From an uncultured delta proteobacterium (lineage in GTDB: Bacteria > Desulfobacterota > Binatia > UBA9968), in the NCBI GenBank assembly GCA_963816145.1, contig CAWFJP010000014.1, positions 544,001-608,000 of the forward strand: 64,000 nucleotides of DNA. Reading direction: 5' to 3'. Below, in pieces: positions 8,317 through 18,181 of the stretch. Each line of letters opens with the position of its first letter. The first letter of the stretch is position 1. The position numbers and the translations under genes are program-made. Under the pieces are notes generated by a model that was not told where the DNA came from, did not search any database, and worked only from the letters and a program-made list of their open reading frames with translations.

Positions 8317-10365
8317 TTATTTCGCGCCTGGTACACGAGGCTTGGAATCGCGGTCCCGACTTTTGCGAACTTTCTTCGTGTTTTCCCCCGGACCGCGGTA
8401 CCCATATCCAACGCGCCAATAGAAATGACCCATTACTCGACCATTTTTCTCCAACACTTCACGGAAAACCTCGCCGGTCGAGTCGAAATACCGTGACAAA
8501 GAGGGCCTGCCGAGTCTGTTTCGATCGAAATCGATCATGAGAAAATTCCTGCCAACCGCCGCCGAAGGGGGAAGCCAAAAAGCCCACATGACGCTGCGCC
8601 CGCCAAAAAAATGAGGCCCACCTGTATTGAAAGCTGCGTCATTATCCACGAAATCGTAAAAACTCACCTCACTCGCAATGAAACGATTGTCCATTCCAAC
8701 GAGAATTGCTTCAGACTTCGTTTCAGCCTCGACGACCGCCTCAATTGCTTGTACCTTCTCACCCAGCAGCCGCCACGGCCCGAACAGACGTTTCAAAGAG
8801 ACGGTACCGGTGCCGGGCAATCCTAGCGCGATATAATTAAATGCCGCGCCGTGAATAATAACGAGACCGATGATGGTTGGCATCCACAATCTTCCAATTA
8901 ATTTCGCCAATGATCCTGAGATCTCATGCAGGCGCGGCATCATGTCCCAGGCGAGCAAAGGAATCGCCGCAAGCCAGATCGGTGCCGTCCAGTTGAGCTT
9001 GATCTGATTGCGCACGCTGTAAATTACAAATACAGATAGCGGCAATAAGGTAAAGATAAGTGCCCAGAGGTAGCGCCGGCTCTCGGCGGCGCTCTGATTG
9101 GCGCCTGGCGCTCTCATCATGCTTCGCGGTAGGAGAACCTCGACGATGCCAAAACAGCCGGTTGGAGTCAGTAGAAGGAATATAGAGCCAATGAGTATGT
9201 GCAGGGAGAACCTGGGGGCACCCGCCCAACGATCAGGGCCCTGGAACATAAACGAGACCCAATCGTGTTTCATGTTCCAGATCAGCACCGGAGTGAAAAA
9301 CGCAAGGGCGACGATGGCTGCGAAATAAGGCTCAGGTCGGAACAGCCATCGTCGGGATGGCTGGTCCAGGAGCACAAATATCAAAGTTCCCAGGCCCAGT
9401 AGGGCGATGGTGTATTTCGATAGCATTCCGACTCCCATGCAAATACCGACTCCCCACCATGCTTTTTGATTTTGGCCTAGAAGAGCACGTTCCAAAAAAT
9501 AGAGACACCCTGCCCACGCGGCGTATAGAGGGGCGTCCGGCGTCATGAAGAAGCCGAGTCCGAAGTAAATCGGCAAAACAGCCAAGAGTAAGATCGCTCG
9601 TACGGCAGCTGTCCTATCAAAAAGATTCAGCGTGAGGCGGAACATGAAGAGCGCGGCAATGATCCAGCAGATAAAGGCCGGTAGCCGAACCGAAAACTCG
9701 GATTTGCCAAGTACAGACGTGGAAAGCCAAATTAACCAAGCAACCATCGGCGGATGGTCCAGATAGCTTAAATCCAAATGCTGGGCGTAGTTCCAGTAAT
9801 AGGCCTCCTCTGGGATCAGATCCACGAGCGCCATCAACGTTAGCTTCAGCACCAATAGGTAAACCAGAATCACAATCGTGATCAGCGGCCAGCGAAGAGC
9901 CGGCACCTCATCGGACCCGCACTCAGGAAAAACGAAAAGAGCGATACCGATGAAAAGCACAGTAGCGCCGATAATAATCGCGCCCAGGATGGCTGTCTGG
10001 GGTTGCAAGTGCCAGTTGCGGATAAACAGCAACAGAACGGCGCTCCGAAGAAACAAAGCGATTAAAGACACCGTCATGAATCGTCCATACGGTCTCCATA
10101 TCGGCGCTGCGCCAAATGTAACGGGTTGTGCAAGACTTGGGCGAATGTTCAGAGCGAAAATGAAGATTGCGCCCAAGATAAAACTTGCCGCTTGAGACAG
10201 CTCTGTGTTGACGCCCTTGGCAATGAGTACGTGAAACACGACAAGATCGGTGACCAAACCCACCAGGAAAAAAGCCGCGAACTGTTTGTTGGCGTGCCGG
10301 CTCAGCAACCGAATTAGAATCGAAGCTGTCGGCCAGCCCGCACTATTGGATTTCTTTTGCTCCAT
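8317..10365 (-). CDS. GtrA-like flippase domain fused to ArnT/GT39 (PMT_2) glycosyltransferase
   Basis: N-terminal 4-TM GtrA-like block (FFLVGLVTDLVVF), then PEEAYYWNYAQHLDLSYLDHPPMVAW, TPDAP and LSKYT motifs. Confidence 0.85.
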   Translation of the reverse strand: MEQKKSNSAGWPTASILIRLLSRHANKQFAAFFLVGLVTDLVVFHVLIAKGVNTELSQAASFILGAIFIFALNIRPSLAQPVTFGAAPIWRPYGRFMTVSLIALFLRSAVLLLFIRNWHLQPQTAILGAIIIGATVLFIGIALFVFPECGSDEVPALRWPLITIVILVYLLVLKLTLMALVDLIPEEAYYWNYAQHLDLSYLDHPPMVAWLIWLSTSVLGKSEFSVRLPAFICWIIAALFMFRLTLNLFDRTAAVRAILLLAVLPIYFGLGFFMTPDAPLYAAWAGCLYFLERALLGQNQKAWWGVGICMGVGMLSKYTIALLGLGTLIFVLLDQPSRRWLFRPEPYFAAIVALAFFTPVLIWNMKHDWVSFMFQGPDRWAGAPRFSLHILIGSIFLLLTPTGCFGIVEVLLPRSMMRAPGANQSAAESRRYLWALIFTLLPLSVFVIYSVRNQIKLNWTAPIWLAAIPLLAWDMMPRLHEISGSLAKLIGRLWMPTIIGLVIIHGAAFNYIALGLPGTGTVSLKRLFGPWRLLGEKVQAIEAVVEAETKSEAILVGMDNRFIASEVSFYDFVDNDAAFNTGGPHFFGGRSVMWAFWLPPSAAVGRNFLMIDFDRNRLGRPSLSRYFDSTGEVFREVLEKNGRVMGHFYWRVGYGYRGPGENTKKVRKSRDRDSKPRVPGAK

Positions 10366-10469
10366 TTCGCGCTCCAAGAGAGATTGCTCAGGAAACTCTG
10401 AACAAGTCACTTGAGGTGTAGTTTTTTACCGCAAAACAATAACAGTGACAACGGGAGGAGAGTCAAGGA

Positions 10470-10760
10470 GCAGACAAGATTTGCAGGTTTCGATTGGGCG
10501 GTAAAGAAAATGCAGACCAAGCGAGAAAAGTTACTATCGGTGATCGATCGAGTGATGCCGTGGGATAAACCGGTGGGGTTGATCGAACCGCATTATCCTA
10601 AAGCCAGCGCTGGACGACGACCGACGAAGTTGGAACGGATGGTGCGGCTTTACTCTGTGCGGCAATGATACGAGCCGAGGCAGCACGATCTTAACCTGTC
10701 AGCGTGGAAAAGCATGGATTGACCGAATCGTTTTTGCAAGAAGTCAACGATTATGTGAGC
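10470..10760 (+). mobile_element. IS5-family transposase remnant
   Basis: KREKLL..IDRVMPW....LIEPHYPKASAGRRP..LERMVRLY and EKHGLTESFLQEVND match the IS5 TnpA N-terminus; interrupted by stops and truncated. Confidence 0.8.
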
Positions 10761-10980
10761 GATCAATTTCTTATGCTCGTCCCACAAGAGCATAGGAAAC
10801 TCGCCGAAGCTGCCGGTGGTGGTCAGTACGTTGCAGCCGTCGTCGGTGATAATTTTGTCGACCGTGCGCGCCAGTTCGTCGGTATCGACCGTATCCGTCG
10901 CATTCATTCGATCGCCATCCTTCTTGGTAAACGCCGGCATCATCGTCATGATGCCTTTGAGGTCATTGGAAGTAATCATT
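10761..10980 (-). pseudogene. Truncated 5' duplicate of the NahE-like aldolase (repeat copy B spans 10761-11089)
   Basis: MITSNDLKGIMTMMPAFTKKDGDR...LLWDEHKKLI is nearly identical to the first ~73 aa of 5695-6669, then fuses to the IS5 remnant. Confidence 0.88.
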
Positions 10981-11053
10981 CGAATCTCCTTGAATTGGTT
11001 TTGCCGGATTCTCTTATAGGCGGCGGAGGGAGTAAAGGCGAGTTTGGGGTGAT

Positions 11054-11082
11054 TTGCGCCAACCATCGCTTCTGATTACAAT
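11054..11082 (+). promoter_or_regulatory. sigma70-like promoter giving a leaderless transcript
   Basis: TTGCGC-N17-TACAAT, ending 5 nt before ATG 11088; no RBS. Confidence 0.5.
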
Positions 11083-11087
11083 GCGCC

Positions 11088-11639
11088 ATGGATTTTGAGT
11101 TAGTTCTCAAAACATTGCTCGATGAGTTCACACGCCTTAATATCCGCGCCGCGGCGATTGGCGGTTTCGCGCTCGGGGTATTGGGTGTGCCACGCCAGAC
11201 ATTGGATTTGGATTTCTTAATCCACCGCGACGATCTGGAAAAACTCGACGAAGTACTGGCCCGCCGTGGCTACCGTCGAGAATTTCACTCGGAAAATGTG
11301 TCGCAATATCGCCACCCCAATGCTGCGTGGGGATCGGTCGATTTCATTCATGCATTTCGAGAAATCTCTCTTGCCATGCTCGAGCGGGCCAAAGATTATC
11401 CAACACTCGGCGGCAGCCAAAGCCTCAGGACGGTGCAACCGGAAGATGTTATCGGCCTGAAGGTCCAAGCTTTGTGCAACGATCCCGCGCGCAAGGCGCA
11501 GGAGCAATCCGATATCGAACGGCTCATGGCTCGCTACGGGCACGAACTGGATTGGCAACGAATTCAAGAATTTTACGACGTCTTCGGTTTGGCCGATGAC
11601 GCGAAAAAACTAAAGGCGAGGTTCGACCGTGCTCAGTGA
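11088..11639 (+). CDS. Nucleotidyltransferase (AbiEii/DUF6036-like), putative TA component
   Basis: IGGFAL.....PRQTLDLDF (GG..R.T.DxD) and C-terminal EDVIGLK...R....D. Confidence 0.8.
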   Translation: MDFELVLKTLLDEFTRLNIRAAAIGGFALGVLGVPRQTLDLDFLIHRDDLEKLDEVLARRGYRREFHSENVSQYRHPNAAWGSVDFIHAFREISLAMLERAKDYPTLGGSQSLRTVQPEDVIGLKVQALCNDPARKAQEQSDIERLMARYGHELDWQRIQEFYDVFGLADDAKKLKARFDRAQ

Positions 11640-11841
11640 GAAAGAGAAACAAGAACTGAGAGAAATGGCCGCATCGGATAGCTTGCGGGAGGAGTTTCGA
11701 ACGATCCGGCGCAATTCCGAGGCAATTGCGCGGAAGATCACTGTCGACGAGTTAGCCCATTGGTTGACCGTCATGGCGCGGCTCTTTCCCGTCGCGCCGA
11801 GAGCGAAGCAAGCAGAGCACTATGTCACGATGAAGTTGTAG
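11629..11841 (+). CDS. Small helical hypothetical protein coupled to the nucleotidyltransferase
   Basis: 70-aa ORF overlapping the upstream stop; protein-like composition. Confidence 0.6.
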   Translation: MLSEKEKQELREMAASDSLREEFRTIRRNSEAIARKITVDELAHWLTVMARLFPVAPRAKQAEHYVTMKL

Positions 11842-11930
11842 AAACGCTATAGATAAAGATTTGCTCCTCGGTTTAGATTTGGGCGAATAATCAGCGAGGA
11901 TATTTATTATTAATACTTTCCGATCTGTCA

Positions 11931-11959
11931 TTGACTTAACCGGTGTTAACCCGTAACGT
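11931..11959 (+). promoter_or_regulatory. sigma70-like promoter upstream of the RRM gene
   Basis: TTGACT-N17-TAACGT preceded by an AT-rich UP-like tract. Confidence 0.45.
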
Positions 11960-12161
11960 GACTTATCTTCTTCAGTCAATGGCCTTCTGAGAGGAACGAA
12001 AAAATATGAAGGCCTCTTTCCGTCTCTATCCTCTGATAGCAATTTCTAAATGACCATCCGACCAGAGCAGGGTTTTAGTTTTTTACGAGCCCAGGTTCTG
12101 CCCCTTTAGCAGTTAGATTCTCAGGATCATAGACTTCAACACTGTCTCATAGGAGGACAAC

Positions 12162-12482
12162 ATGGGTAGTAAATTATATGTCGGTGGTTTGCCTTATTCG
12201 GTTACCGAAGGGCGTTTAACGGAACTTTTCTCGGCGCATGGCACGGTGGATTCGGCCAATGTGATCTCGGATAAGTTTACCGGTCAATCCCGCGGCTTCG
12301 GCTTTGTCGAAATGTCGTCGAGCAGCGAGGCGCAAGCCGCCATCCAGTCGCTCAACGGCACGCAATTCGAAGGTCGCAGCCTGACGGTCAACGAGGCCAA
12401 GCCGATGGCCAAGCGCGATAACTTCGGTGGCGGTGGCGGAGGCCGTGGCGGCGATCGCGACGGCGGACGCAACCGCTGGTAG
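12162..12482 (+). CDS. RRM (RNP-1) RNA-binding protein with Gly-rich tail
   Basis: KLYVGGL (RNP2) and RGFGFVEM (RNP1); AGGAGG RBS. Confidence 0.97.
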   Translation: MGSKLYVGGLPYSVTEGRLTELFSAHGTVDSANVISDKFTGQSRGFGFVEMSSSSEAQAAIQSLNGTQFEGRSLTVNEAKPMAKRDNFGGGGGGRGGDRDGGRNRW

Positions 12483-12510
12483 GATTCTCGTTACATAAGT
12501 AATTGAGATA

Positions 12511-12546
12511 GGGGAGGCGCCTGGTCGGGGTGCCTCCCTTTTTTTG
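12511..12546 (+). terminator. Intrinsic terminator
   Basis: GGGAGGCGCC-loop-GGTGCCTCCC followed by a T-run. Confidence 0.85.
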
Positions 12547-12678
12547 TGCGGAGCAGGTGGCGCTTGGGTCGCCCTTGCTTACACGAGGGAAAAGCCCTAG
12601 CTTGACTTAGTTACTTGTCCGCAACTCTCTCCAAACCAACCAGCTTCAGAAGATCGGTTCAGTACTAGGAGGATTTAT

Positions 12679-12885
12679 ATGTACAGGGTTTTGTGTGACC
12701 GGATGCCTGCGCGCGAACTCGGTTCCGGCCTAACATGGTTTATGCAAGACGGCCGCGTCGTCGAGTTCGCCACGACGGAAGAAGCTGGGGCGATGGTGAA
12801 GGAGTTGACCGACCGCCGCAACGCGGCGAAAACCCTGACTACGTCCACGGTGACGTACACGGCGAAAGAAATCAAAATCTACTAA
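12679..12885 (+). CDS. Hypothetical protein
   Basis: 68-aa ORF with a strong AGGAGG RBS. Confidence 0.6.
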   Translation: MYRVLCDRMPARELGSGLTWFMQDGRVVEFATTEEAGAMVKELTDRRNAAKTLTTSTVTYTAKEIKIY

Positions 12886-13203
12886 GATTGATTCAGCTTA
12901 CTGCGACTTGATGCTATGTCCGGCAGTGTCGCATGGGGGACGCGGCGCTTAGCTGAGATGTTCTCCTGTGCCCAGATGGCGGATGCGCTACCGCTTGTCC
13001 AACGTCGAGCCGATGAAGCCTCAGTCCGGTCGTCGATAATATTTATCATGATAGCGAGAGTGCCTCTCTGCCGTGGCGGCGCAGGCGAAATAATCAAAAA
13101 TAAAGATTTGACCTTAAGTGCCTAAGTGCACTATGCAACTCAGAGATGACGGGTGTAACCGTTTCTGACCAAGAGTAATCGTTCACAACCGCCACCTGGC
13201 GCC

Positions 13204-15434
13204 CTAGAACCCGGCTTGATACTCAGGGGAATTCAGAAACACATCAATCACCGAATTAAGTGGTACGCCTGAATTTAGCACTCCCACCCAACCAGCGAAG
13301 CCGCCTGGATCAGGGTCGCGCCGCAGCATGGAAAAGTATAACAGCGAGACATCGATCTCGTTCTGGCTCGCGTTTATCTTCTGAAATTCGTCCGAGTCCA
13401 AGAAACCCAACGCTACCTGCGCCCTTGTCAGCTGCCCGCTGGTTAATTGCCCAACCCAAAGATTGAGCTCGCCTGGGTCCGCTGAACGTAGCAATACGTT
13501 ATTGTACATCCGCTCGATAAACTGGCTGTTGGTTAGACTGCTGCCGAACCTAATGGTGAATTCATCGGAGTCTAAAAACCACTGGACGATTTGTTCATGC
13601 GATACTCCAGCCAGCAAGACTTCCAGCCAAGCACGAAAGCCACTATATTCAGCATCCCGAGTTAGAAGCCCTAAGTAAGTCTGGGCAATGAATTTCCCCT
13701 TGGAGAAGAATTCCTCGGAATCCATGAATGCCTCAATCAAGCTCGCTCTTGGCAATCCGTCGTCGAGGGCATTCACCCAAGCGGCAAGGCCTGCGGCTTC
13801 CGGGTCGCGATCCAAAAAATCCAAATACTGCTGACGAACGAAAGTTGAATCGCTTACAGCGAGTATGTTGGTAAGCTCATAGGCCCCGATATCGCATCGG
13901 CTCGTGCCGTCGAAATTGCCGTCATCTGATCGGAGAAAACCTCGCTGGTCGGCCAGCAAAAGCAGCCCTCGACTATCCCGGCAGCCGCTAGGGTTGCCCG
14001 CATCTATCGCTGGACTGCCGGCGACTAGAGCATGGGTCAGGGTCCGGCCGCCGTTGTTTTGCAGGGGACCTAGGATTTGCGCTAGCGAAACACTGGGCAC
14101 GATGTCGGTCGGCCCGGGTGTGAAGCCGGTGACACCCGCATTGCCAGTTGTCCCAATCAAGTTGAAGTTGTTTGCGGTGACGAGACGCTGCTACCGTTTA
14201 CTATTTCAGGCGCGACGGTCGCCTGGTTGCCAGCGATCAAGCTATTGTTGAGGGTGAGGGTGGCGACTGCGGGTGAACAGTCGAGAGCGTAGCAGCGGTG
14301 TTATTAAAGACGCCACCGCCCTGATTGGCTCGATTGCCTGAGATGGTGCTGTTTTCAATGCTGAGCGTTGCGGACGTACGCCAAAGTAGCAGACACTGCT
14401 ATTACCTAAGCCGCCTCCGACATCGGCCGTATTGCCTGAGATGGTGCTGTTTCTAATCACGAGGCTGCCGTTGCCGGGCCCGCCCGAGTTAAATATGCCA
14501 CCGCCATTACTCGGCCGTATTGCCAGCGATCGTACTGTTCTCGATGGTGAGGGTGCCGTAATGACTTACGCCACCGCCAGTAATCGCCGTATTGCCAGAG
14601 ATCGTACTGTTCTCGATGGTGAGGGTGCCGAAATTACGTACGCCACCACCGTAATTGGCCGTATTACCTGAGATGGTGCTGTTCTTGATGGTGAGAGCGC
14701 CGTCATAATTAACCAACCCGCCGACCACCGTTGACAGCACGTCCTCCGCTCAGAGTCACTTCTGAAGCGTCAGGTCCCCGGAGTTCGTGACGGCCATGAG
14801 ACGGAATGCGGGTGCGTTCCCTTGGCGAGCAATCGTGGCGCCGTTACCTTCAATGGTGATCCGACTGGTAATCAGCGGCAGACCGATGCGGTGCCGTAAA
14901 GAGCGTCACGTTGATAACATTGAGAGCGTCACGTTGGCGTTTGCCGGCAGTACAATCGTGTCTGCCCCACTGCCCGCCGCGCAGTCGGCGTGAGTCGCCG
15001 CATCGTTGTTGGCGTTGACGATGGCTTCGATCAGCGAACACTGGCCATCCGCTACGATGTTGGGATTGTTTGTCGTGACGGTGATCGTGGCTGCCGTCGC
15101 CACTCCCTGTCCCAATGCGAGCAGTAACGCGGCGCCGGCCAGGGACCAAGCCATCCTGTGCTGTAGTCGTCGTCCGCCCTGCTGCAAGTATTCCGGCAAG
15201 ATCGCGGCCAACTCGCTGGAGCGCGCGATGTCGACGCTGGAGGGCACGCCGCGCGCTACGGGGCAGGGCGCGCAGCTCCGCGTAACACGCCGCAAAGCGC
15301 GCAAACAGATCGCTCTCACACTCGGCTAAGGTGTCGGCGAGCCAAGGAGTCTTGTCCGCTTCTTTGATCTGAGAGTCCCAGGCAGCGTTGATGGTAGGGT
15401 CGGGATACGATGAATAGAGATTGAAGTAGTTCAT
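13204..15434 (-). CDS. Large surface protein: extended leader + CSLREA motif + beta-helix GG repeats + choice-of-anchor Q + 3x DUF4214 (frameshifted)
   Basis: Fragments: DGQCSLIEAI (CSLREA), TISGNTA..GGGV.N.GTLTIENS repeats, LGPLQNNGGRTLTHAL..GSPAIDAG...DQRG...CDIGAYE, FVRQQYLDFLDR.P...G...W...F..S.EF. Confidence 0.8.
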
Positions 15435-16655
15435 GGCTTGTCCATTCCGAGTTTGATCAACCGAGCTAGTTTTGAAATTTGTTCTATGGGGTTACATTGG
15501 ATTTGTTTCGGATTTACGATTTTGAGATTCGAATTTTCGGGAGTTTTCGGGTTTCGTATCTTCTCCGCGGCCAACGACGACGTCCGCCAGTGCTTCGTCC
15601 GGCAGCACGTAGGAGTTGCCGAGGTGCTGATCATTCCATTCCAGCAACTTCCGGAAAGCGCATACCGCGCAGATACCTGCACGGCAAAGATTTCTTGCAC
15701 GCCGGCTTCGAAGCGCAGGAAGCCAACAGTCTGACCGGTTTCGATGTTGACGACCCACACGCCACAGGTGCGCTCGCGCAGCCGCTTCGACCAGCGGAAT
15801 GCCGCTGAACACCGCGCTCTCACGCACCTGCGAGAGTCCGATGAAAGCCAGCGGTCCGACAAAGTCGATGCCGCGCGTGAAGCCGGGTAACCTGCGCAAC
15901 GGTCCGCCATGTGCGGTGCTCCAGGTCGACCTGCGGCCAAACTGCCTTCGCCGGATTCGAGCAGCCATAGCTTGTCCTGATACCAGCGCGGCGAGTGCGG
16001 CATGGAGAGTCCGCGAAGCACGATTTCATTGCTCTCTATGTCCATCAGGATGCCGCCCTTGGCCTTGTTCTCACGCCAGCCGGCCAGCGTGTTGGTTTCG
16101 CCCAGTGCGGTGACGTATTTGGGACGACCATCGACCATGGCCAGGCCATTGAGATGGCAGCGGTCTTCAGGGGCCAACGCGCTGACAAACGGCGGGCGCC
16201 AGCGCGGATAAAAGCTATGGTCGGCGTCGAACGTGCACAGACAACAGAAGCGGGTGTTGACCACCCAAAGCTCGTTGTTGGCGTCCCATGCAAGCTCGTG
16301 GATGTCGATGTCGCCGGTGACGTGGATACGGCGGGGCAGATAGCAGGCGTCGTGTTTGCCGGCTGGCTCTAACTTTTTCGCTACTGCCGGCATGTTGCGG
16401 TACTCCCAAACAGTGTTGGCGCCGCCGATCGTCAGCCGATTGTGATCGGCGGCGATGCCCATCGGTTTGGCGAATGTTCGGAAGTGGGTATTGAGCGTGC
16501 CGTTATCGTTGCGCACGACGATCGCTTTGCCGGCTTGATAAGTGGAAACGATCAGGCTGATTTCCAGCTGATCAAAGAGTTCGGGTAGATTCGAAGTGTG
16601 CACGCTGCTTAAAGCGTTAGTTTCATTTGCCTTGCTCTGGTGGTTCTGATTGCAT
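15431..16655 (-). CDS. TIGR03032/DUF4915 family protein (frameshifted)
   Basis: STYQAGK, PR..HVTGDIDIHE, VNTRF.CL, WRPPFVSALAPEDRCHLNGLA and GLSMPHSPRW motifs; likely ATG at 16655. Confidence 0.88.
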
Positions 16656-16673
16656 GGCGCTGGTTGTGCCCTG

Positions 16674-16690
16674 AGCAAGCGCAATGCCAG
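16674..16690 (-). promoter_or_regulatory. sigma54 (-24/-12) promoter
   Basis: Minus strand CTGGCATTGCGCTTGCT = TGGCA-N6-TTGC with exact GG-N10-GC spacing, just upstream of the TIGR03032 gene. Confidence 0.65.
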
Positions 16691-17184
16691 CGGAGATCGT
16701 GGCGAAATGATTGACTTTCAAAGATCTGATTGGAGGCGAGGTTAAGCGATCAACGGGCAACCGTTATCTTTTGCCCACCAAAGGTGTGAAAAATGCCACC
16801 TTATGTTTTTGGCAAGTTAAAAACCGGGCCGCACTGATCGCAGTGCAGAATAAAGGCCGTTTGAGAAATGATAGATTTATATCCGTCAGTGGGTCGGCGC
16901 TCGCAACATAACGAATAAACAAAATGAAATGATGATGGTTTTTTTGACACCGGAAGTGTAATAACAACCACGCGCTAACTACCGAGGGTTTGTCTCTATA
17001 AAACTGCAAAACCTCAGGTCCCCATACCTTCGTGCCCCGCGAACAGAATCCGCCGTGGCCTTCTTCAGCGAACTCCGTAAGTTTCGGAGAAAAGAGAATT
17101 TACCAGGCGTGCTTCAAAAATAGCCGTGTCCCTGTTGAGATCAGCATCCAAGCATCCAAATTATGTACCCGGTTTAAGTAACTC

Positions 17185-17820
17185 CAATTGCTAAGCCACC
17201 GCCTATGGCGGTGAGAAAAACAAAGGCTCTGCCGAGTACAGGAATTGAACAGAGAGGCAATGACGTTTCTCCTCTCCACTGGGCCTGTCAAGTCCAGAAA
17301 GAGAGGAGAAACAACAATGAGAGAATGGCAAAGCCAAACTCACGTGAAGTGGTACTGCCGGTACCACGTGGTGATCGTACCGAAGTATCGGCGAAAAGCA
17401 ATGTTTGGAGGGATGCGAAGAGAGGTGGGGGAGATATTCAAGGAGTTGTGTCGCCGGTTTGGAATAGAATTGGTGGAGGGGCATGTGATGGTGGATCATG
17501 TGCACATGTGTTTGAGTGTCCCACCGAAGTACAGTGTGGCGAACACGGTGGGGAAGCTGAAAGGCAAGGCGGCGATCATGATTCACCAGAAGTACGGACG
17601 CAAGCGCAATTTCGTGGGGCTGAATTTTTGGGCCCGAGGGTATTGCGTCAGTACGGTGGGGTTGGATGAAGCGACAGTGCGTGAATACATCCGCACCCAA
17701 GAGGAACAAGAGAAAAAAGAAGAACAGATGAAACTCGATTACTAAAATGAACACTTGGCAGGCCCATAGCCCCCTTATAAGGGGGCTTCCTCATACTACC
17801 CGCTCTGCGGGTAGTACGTG
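17185..17820 (+). mobile_element. IS200/IS605-family insertion sequence (TnpA only)
   Basis: Subterminal hairpins CACCGCC-TAT-GGCGGTG (17197-17213), AGCCCCCTT-AT-AAGGGGGCT (17768-17787) and TACTACCCGC-TCT-GCGGGTAGTA (17794-17816) flank tnpA. Confidence 0.85.
17317..17745 (+). CDS. tnpA: IS200/IS605 Y1 (HUH) transposase
   Basis: YHVVIVPKYRRK, DHVHM (HUH), FWARGYCVSTVG and catalytic Y in EYIRTQ. Confidence 0.95.
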   Translation: MREWQSQTHVKWYCRYHVVIVPKYRRKAMFGGMRREVGEIFKELCRRFGIELVEGHVMVDHVHMCLSVPPKYSVANTVGKLKGKAAIMIHQKYGRKRNFVGLNFWARGYCVSTVGLDEATVREYIRTQEEQEKKEEQMKLDY

Positions 17821-18181
17821 ATTGGTTCGACATACAAGGCCGCTGAAGAATGAAATCAGTGGAACCGACCCATGGAAACACATGGTGGTATTTTGGCCAC
17901 CATGTGTGTACGAAAGAACACCCTGGCTCCCTGAACGCAGATCCAAATCAGTGACAGTAACGAAATTATTTGTTATCTCAAGCTTTCTCACGCAGACCTG
18001 AGTCCTTCTCTATTGGCATTGTCTTTGCGCTCTCATGCTATTCCGGGCGATTTCTTCGTTGATCCAATGGTTCGTCACTGTGGTCGCAGGTCTTGCCCAC
18101 CAATGTCACTAACCATTTCACTTCAACACTCACTGTTCCTCAAGCCGGTTTCTGTGCTATAGGGGCGCCAGGCCAGAGCGT

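Noticed and set aside
14420-14700. ~66-bp tandem repeats suggesting a CRISPR- or DGR-like array
   Set aside because: They are coding beta-helix repeats (TISGNTA..GGG) of the surface protein; no reverse transcriptase in the window
17745-17910. Hairpins after tnpA as omega-RNA/TnpB locus, and the ACACATGGTGG/CCACCATGTGT palindrome at ~17878-17908
   Set aside because: No tnpB/iscB ORF; the first hairpins are explained by the IS200 right end, and the last palindrome has no supporting context
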